IMG/VR virus record: IMGVR_UViG_3300044676_000865
Location: 1 to 30,036 of that record
DNA length: 30,036 nt
From: a virus
Lineage: Duplodnaviria > Caudoviricetes
Reading direction: 5' to 3' (one strand)
Shown: positions 25,257 to 30,036 of the stretch, piece by piece
Position numbering within the stretch: the stretch's first letter is position 1
Layout: each line of letters starts with the position of its first letter
The notes under the pieces: model-generated
What the model was told of the DNA's origin: nothing
The model's database searches: none
Seen by the model: the letters and a program-made list of their open reading frames with translations, nothing else
Translations under genes and position numbers: made by a program

Positions 25257-28200
25257 ATGGCAGGAACAAAGTATTTAAAAACAGAAGGAGCTTTAACTTA
25301 TACTGCTCAAAACATAAATAGTCTTAGTGCAGAAAATCAACAGGCAATCAGAGAAAGTGATAGGCACACTATTAATCCTGATGGCACAATATCTTTTACA
25401 GATTCTGATGGCTCAGAACAACTTGTACCAGTAGGCATTAGTGGCGCAACTGTAGACCTATCTAATATTTCTACTGATGCATTACAAAAAGCTGCTGATT
25501 TAACTTTTCTTTCGCAAAATACTGGTGTTTTAATATCAGACTTAAATCCTGTTTTTGCTAGCCTTGGAATTGATCCAAACGATCCTCAAGCCCATGTTAA
25601 AAGGGATGCTATACTTAAAGAGGCAGGTTATAATCCAGGGGAACAAGCAGCATTTTATGGTAATAATTCTGCTGCAGACATAGGTGCCCAAATTCTTTCA
25701 GAACAGTGGCAAAATGCCCCAACTGATGAAGAAATAGAAGCAGCAGGGCTTGATCCAAATGAAGTTTCTGTAGTTAATAGTAACGCAGCAAATGCTTTCT
25801 ATCTTGAACAAGAGCTAGCTAATAGAGGTATTGATCCAAGTCAAACAGCAGGTAGAATAGGTTCTGGTGCAGGTTTTGGTGGTGGTAATTTAAGCCCGTT
25901 AGGTATGACAGGTGCTACAAGTGTTGAAGATGTTAGAACTCTAAATGATGCAAATAAAGTACAATATGGTGCAGATAATCCTAACTTTTTAACTTCTGAC
26001 CAACAATTAGATATATTTGAATGGGACTTACTTAAAAAGGAGAAAGAAGAGGAGTCTACTGGAACTGGCACTACCCCTGCAGCTACAGGTCTTACACCAA
26101 GTGGTTCTGTTAGTACAGGAGGAGCTGGAGGAGTATCTGGAGGTTTTACTTCAAGTTCAGGTGGATACAATATTCCAGCTTCAGGAATTACTCCTGGTCT
26201 AACACCGTCTCTAGTTTCATCAGGTGCTTCTGAGACATATCAAGTACCTGCACAAACATTCAGTCAAAATATTACTGATCAAGTTACAGATTTTCAAGGT
26301 AGAGATCAGTCACAGTATTTTCAACCACAAACAATGGCTGAAAAACAAGCTGCAGGTCAAGATACAGCTGCGTATACAATCAGTCAAAAACTATATCGTA
26401 ATCCAAACACTGGTCATCAGTTGTTTATAGCTTTTCAAGGTGAACAACCTTTAGCACCAATCCCTGCAGGTTACTACGAAGTAAATCAATCTACAGGAAC
26501 TTTTGGACAATCTTCTAATGTGTTTAATCCTGTTACTGCAGGTGGTAATACTTTTACTGCTGCAGGAGCTTCTCAAGGTATGTATATACAAGGGTTTGAT
26601 GGCGCAGGTTATGTTGAAGGTCACACCAGTCATCCAGACGGAACTCCTCACACACCTGAAGAAGAAGGTTCAGGTGTAGTAAATCCTTTTGATCCATCTA
26701 ATATCTACGGTAATACTAGTTTTATGGACCCTGTTACTGGTCAAGTAGTGACACAAGATCCTTATGAGTATCAACAAACAAAATTAAATAAAGTTGCACA
26801 AGCTACTATAAATCCTGCCACTGCTGTTACAATGCCTGGTGTTTCTACTATGGCAGAGCTTGGGTATGTTTATAATACAGATGGCAGTATAAAAACAGAT
26901 CCTGCTACTGGTCAACCTATGACTCAAGAACGTATGCCAGGAACTGTTCTTGAATCTACTGCAGGTCAAGCTTCTGGTCTTGCTCCTGTTATTGGTAAAA
27001 GACAAGCTACAGATGCAGAAGGCAAGCTTCTGTTTGGTGCTGATGGTAAGCCTGTTATGGTTGGTGCAGATATTGCACAAGTTACTGGTGTTACACAAGC
27101 TAAAGGTCCAGGTCAATCTGCTGTTTATGATGCTGAAGGTAATCTTGTTTCAGCTGCAGTTGCTGTTCCAGGTACATCTACAGCTGGATTAACTACAGCT
27201 ACTGGAGATATTTCTAGAACACTTGAAGGTGGTACAACTACTGATTATGCAGGAATGGCAGCATCTGTTGAGGGAGCTACTTGGGATGCAGCTACAGGAA
27301 CATTTAAAGTAGGGGATCAAAATCTTACTCCAGATCAGTTTATTGCAGCTAATAATATTAATGTAGGTGATTATATGACCACTACAGGTGGTCTGCAAGC
27401 TGTTACATCTACAGGTCCAACAAAGACAATAGATGCTGCAAAGATGCAGAAACAAAAGGTAGACCCTGTTACTGGTCAACCTATGTTTACTGTTGATGCA
27501 GAAGGCAATCAAGTTCCTGTAATGGAATCTGCTACATCTGTATCTGGTATTGATGCTGCTACAGGTACTGCAACTGAAGTTGGTGTTAGGCAAAAAGCTG
27601 ATCCTGAAACAGGTGAGCTTATGTTTGATGCTCAAGGTAATCCTATTATGGAAAGGGTTTTACCAAAAAGAACTTTACAAGAACAAGTAGTAGATCCTGT
27701 TACTGGTGAGGTTATACAGCAGGGTGAACTTATTAGTGGCACTGGTGTAGATCAGACTAAAGTAGATGCAGCTTTTGGTACTGGTGAGGTAGCTGCTGCT
27801 TCCGTACAAGATGAATTATCAGGTCTTATGGCACAGTTTGAAGGTGGTGATACACCTGCTTGGGCTGCAGGGTCTATGAGAAAAGCTACACAAATGCTTG
27901 CAGCTAGAGGTCTTGGTGCTTCGTCTCTTGCAGGTCAAGCTGTCATACAAGCAGCAATGGAAGCTGCACTACCTATAGCTCAAATAGATGCAGGTAATAA
28001 GCAGCAGATGGCTCTATTTAAAGCAGAACAAAGATCTAAATTTTTAGGTATAGAATTTGATCAATCATTTCAAACTAAGGTTATGAATGCTTCTAGAGTA
28101 TCTGAAATAGCTAATATGAATTTTAGTGCAGAGCAACAGATAGCACTAGAAAACTCTAGAGCAGCAAACACTATGAATTTAGCTAACTTAAGTAATAAAC

Positions 28201-28964
28201 AAGCTAAAGTAATGGCAGAAGCTGCTGCTCTGTCGCAGATGGATATGGCTAATCTATCAAATGAACAACAATCAAGAATACAAAATGCTCAAAACTTTTT
28301 GCAAATTGACATGGCTAACTTATCTAATGAGCAATCTACAGCATTGTTTAAAGCTCAGTCAGTTACAAACTCTATGCTTAGTGATGTTGCTCAAGCCAAT
28401 GCTACTGCTCAGTTTAATGCTACGAGTGAAAATCAGGCTACTCAATTCTTTTCAAACTTATCAGCTCAAGTTTCACAGTTCAATGCAGCACAACAAAATG
28501 CTATAAATCAATTTAATGCTGAAGAAGCAAACTCAGTGTTAGAGTTTAATGCGGCATTACAAAATCAAAGAGAAATGTTTAATGCACAAAACTATCTAGT
28601 CATAGCTCAAGCTAATGCTAAATGGCGCCAAGATATAAACACTTCAAATACTGCAGCACAAAACGTAGCTAATTTAACTTATGCAAAAGAAGTAAATAAT
28701 TTAACTAACAAAGCTCTTGACGATTTTTGGCAAAAAGAAAGAGATGTTATGTCTTATATATTTGCACAATCTGAAAGTGCTATGGATAGATCTTTAAAAG
28801 TATTACTTGGAGATCAAAGTATGGAGCAATTAAGGGAGCAATTAGGCTTCTTAAATGATAGAGCTAAATCTTCATTTTTTAGTAGGCTTATACTAGGAGA
28901 TGCATCTGTAACAGATATATTTAAGTTGACTCAAACAACAACAGATGAGGATGAAAATGACTAA
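25257..28964 (+). CDS. large internal virion (DNA-ejection) protein
   Basis: 1235 aa. G/T/A-rich N-half; TPAWAAG...ARGLGASSLAGQA...AALPIA motif; Q/N/A-rich helical C-half with ANLSN repeats. AAGGA SD. Confidence 0.7.
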   Translation: MAGTKYLKTEGALTYTAQNINSLSAENQQAIRESDRHTINPDGTISFTDSDGSEQLVPVGISGATVDLSNISTDALQKAADLTFLSQNTGVLISDLNPVFASLGIDPNDPQAHVKRDAILKEAGYNPGEQAAFYGNNSAADIGAQILSEQWQNAPTDEEIEAAGLDPNEVSVVNSNAANAFYLEQELANRGIDPSQTAGRIGSGAGFGGGNLSPLGMTGATSVEDVRTLNDANKVQYGADNPNFLTSDQQLDIFEWDLLKKEKEEESTGTGTTPAATGLTPSGSVSTGGAGGVSGGFTSSSGGYNIPASGITPGLTPSLVSSGASETYQVPAQTFSQNITDQVTDFQGRDQSQYFQPQTMAEKQAAGQDTAAYTISQKLYRNPNTGHQLFIAFQGEQPLAPIPAGYYEVNQSTGTFGQSSNVFNPVTAGGNTFTAAGASQGMYIQGFDGAGYVEGHTSHPDGTPHTPEEEGSGVVNPFDPSNIYGNTSFMDPVTGQVVTQDPYEYQQTKLNKVAQATINPATAVTMPGVSTMAELGYVYNTDGSIKTDPATGQPMTQERMPGTVLESTAGQASGLAPVIGKRQATDAEGKLLFGADGKPVMVGADIAQVTGVTQAKGPGQSAVYDAEGNLVSAAVAVPGTSTAGLTTATGDISRTLEGGTTTDYAGMAASVEGATWDAATGTFKVGDQNLTPDQFIAANNINVGDYMTTTGGLQAVTSTGPTKTIDAAKMQKQKVDPVTGQPMFTVDAEGNQVPVMESATSVSGIDAATGTATEVGVRQKADPETGELMFDAQGNPIMERVLPKRTLQEQVVDPVTGEVIQQGELISGTGVDQTKVDAAFGTGEVAAASVQDELSGLMAQFEGGDTPAWAAGSMRKATQMLAARGLGASSLAGQAVIQAAMEAALPIAQIDAGNKQQMALFKAEQRSKFLGIEFDQSFQTKVMNASRVSEIANMNFSAEQQIALENSRAANTMNLANLSNKQAKVMAEAAALSQMDMANLSNEQQSRIQNAQNFLQIDMANLSNEQSTALFKAQSVTNSMLSDVAQANATAQFNATSENQATQFFSNLSAQVSQFNAAQQNAINQFNAEEANSVLEFNAALQNQREMFNAQNYLVIAQANAKWRQDINTSNTAAQNVANLTYAKEVNNLTNKALDDFWQKERDVMSYIFAQSESAMDRSLKVLLGDQSMEQLREQLGFLNDRAKSSFFSRLILGDASVTDIFKLTQTTTDEDEND

Positions 28965-29784
28965 CACACCGAACAAAACAAAACAAGATTTATATATACA
29001 AAATTTAAGGAGAAATCCAGCTACAGCTAGAAGTCCTTCAGATGGTCTTATGGGAGAACTTCCAACTTCTGTACCAAAAAGTGGACTCAGTGTCTACCAG
29101 AGTAATAGAGATGTTATAGAAGCTGCTTTAGGTGATTTAATTAATTATATGCCGAATAACTCTGCAGGTGATACAGCACAAAGAATTTATGATGAAAAAC
29201 TTATGAGCAGGGAAAACTCTTCTAGAGCTTTAACTGATATAGATGACAGCCCTATAAGATTAGATGATGCTAATCTTAAGCAAGCTGTAGAGGATGCTTT
29301 AGACGAGGTTAGAGAAAGTGAAAGTCTCGTAACTAGACCTGTAATAAGTCCTATATCACCACTAACTTTTGATCCTGAAACTGATATAGATAGGGCAGTA
29401 AACTCATTAAAATTTTTAGAAAGCGGTGGTAAGAAAAATCCCTATAAAACAAAGGGTAAAAAGGTTACCAAAGGGCAGTATAAAGGAGAACAAGCAGTAG
29501 GTGCTTATGGAGTAATGGAAAGTAATGTACCTATATTTACCAAAGAATATTACGGTAAGGAGTTAACTGTAGAACAATTTATTAACAGCCCTAAAGCTCA
29601 AGATGAAGTAGCTAAAGAATTTATCTTGCAAAACTATGAGAAGTATGGTAATCTTGAAGATGCAATATCTACATGGTTTACTGGAGATCCTTTAGACCAA
29701 GCTATAGCTCGTAAAGCAGATGATGGCAGTATAGATGTAAATGAGTATATGATTAGGTTTAATCGTAAATTTAATCCAGAGTAG
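28957..29784 (+). CDS. virion-associated lysozyme-fold / lytic transglycosylase-like protein
   Basis: C-terminal domain LKFLESGG...AVGAYGVM...AQDEVA...YG.LEDAISTWFTG. GAGG SD (28947-28950) favours ATG 28957. Confidence 0.65.
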   Translation: MTNTPNKTKQDLYIQNLRRNPATARSPSDGLMGELPTSVPKSGLSVYQSNRDVIEAALGDLINYMPNNSAGDTAQRIYDEKLMSRENSSRALTDIDDSPIRLDDANLKQAVEDALDEVRESESLVTRPVISPISPLTFDPETDIDRAVNSLKFLESGGKKNPYKTKGKKVTKGQYKGEQAVGAYGVMESNVPIFTKEYYGKELTVEQFINSPKAQDEVAKEFILQNYEKYGNLEDAISTWFTGDPLDQAIARKADDGSIDVNEYMIRFNRKFNPE

Positions 29785-29795
29785 GAAATAATAAA

Positions 29796-30036
29796 ATGAT
29801 TTTTGATAGAACACCCCCAGGATATTCTTTAACACAAGAACCAAAAGGTGCTCCTTTTGAACATCCACCTGAGATTAGTGACCCTGTAGAGGCCGCTAGG
29901 TATCATTTAGGTAGATTAAGTGAGCCAGATTTAGTTGAAGATGCCTTGTTTTTTCTTGAAGAAGGTGTACCAATAGCTGTACTTGTCCAAGGTATACTTC
30001 GTGGAGCTGTAATGCAGGGTATGCATAGTGTAGATG
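29796..30036 (+). CDS. hypothetical (probable internal virion) protein, 3'-truncated by the window edge
   Basis: Manual translation MIFDRTPPGYSLTQEPKGAPFEHPPEISDPVEAARYHLGRL... stays open to the window end; AGGA SD. Confidence 0.75.
   Translation, partial: MIFDRTPPGYSLTQEPKGAPFEHPPEISDPVEAARYHLGRLSEPDLVEDALFFLEEGVPIAVLVQGILRGAVMQGMHSVD

Noticed and set aside
5-27635. All minus-strand ORFs in the track (for example 2138-2539, 17871-18389, 24934-25269, 27189-27635)
   Set aside because: They are antisense shadows of well-supported + strand genes, often over repetitive codons, with no recognisable motifs.
933-28506. Short alternative-frame + strand ORFs nested in larger genes (for example 933-1166, 12197-12412, 24144-24386, 26950-27192)
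   Set aside because: L/Q/K-rich off-frame translations typical of AT-rich coding DNA; no lipobox or spanin-like pattern seen.
1-30036. Alternative genetic code, introns or inteins in terminase, portal or capsid
   Set aside because: Genes are uninterrupted and of normal length under code 11. TAA, TAG and TGA all serve as stops, and no intein or homing-endonuclease motifs were seen.

Overview
This 30-kb window is the DNA-packaging and virion-morphogenesis arm of an AT-rich marine podovirus. All credible genes are on the + strand and are tightly packed or overlapping. Gene order: cluster of small accessory ORFs, small terminase, orphan recombinase-type DNA-binding domain, large terminase, portal, small ORF, 1.86-kaa putative internal/ejected protein, scaffold, major capsid, decoration-like protein, tail adaptor and nozzle, two tail fibres with S74 chaperone domains, 2OG-Fe(II) oxygenase, small ORFs, large internal virion protein, lysozyme-fold protein, and a partial ORF. 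From recall, gene order and capsid sequence resemble HMO-2011-type/Roseobacter CRP-like podophages, and several motifs point to a Rhodobacteraceae host. No tRNA, rRNA, CRISPR or IS element was seen. Main points of interest: (1) a 54-aa DUF1127 gene missed by the ORF track, whose Shine-Dalgarno lies in a perfect 10-bp hairpin overlapped by a promoter-like box; (2) a recurring CUAC/CC internal-loop RNA motif in the scaffold and capsid leaders; (3) an oxygenase gene bounded by an 18/21 direct repeat; (4) a strong in-frame internal start and recurring xxxGG motifs in the giant internal protein; (5) DNA-level conserved junctions within tail-fibre repeats. Family names come from motif recognition, not database searches.
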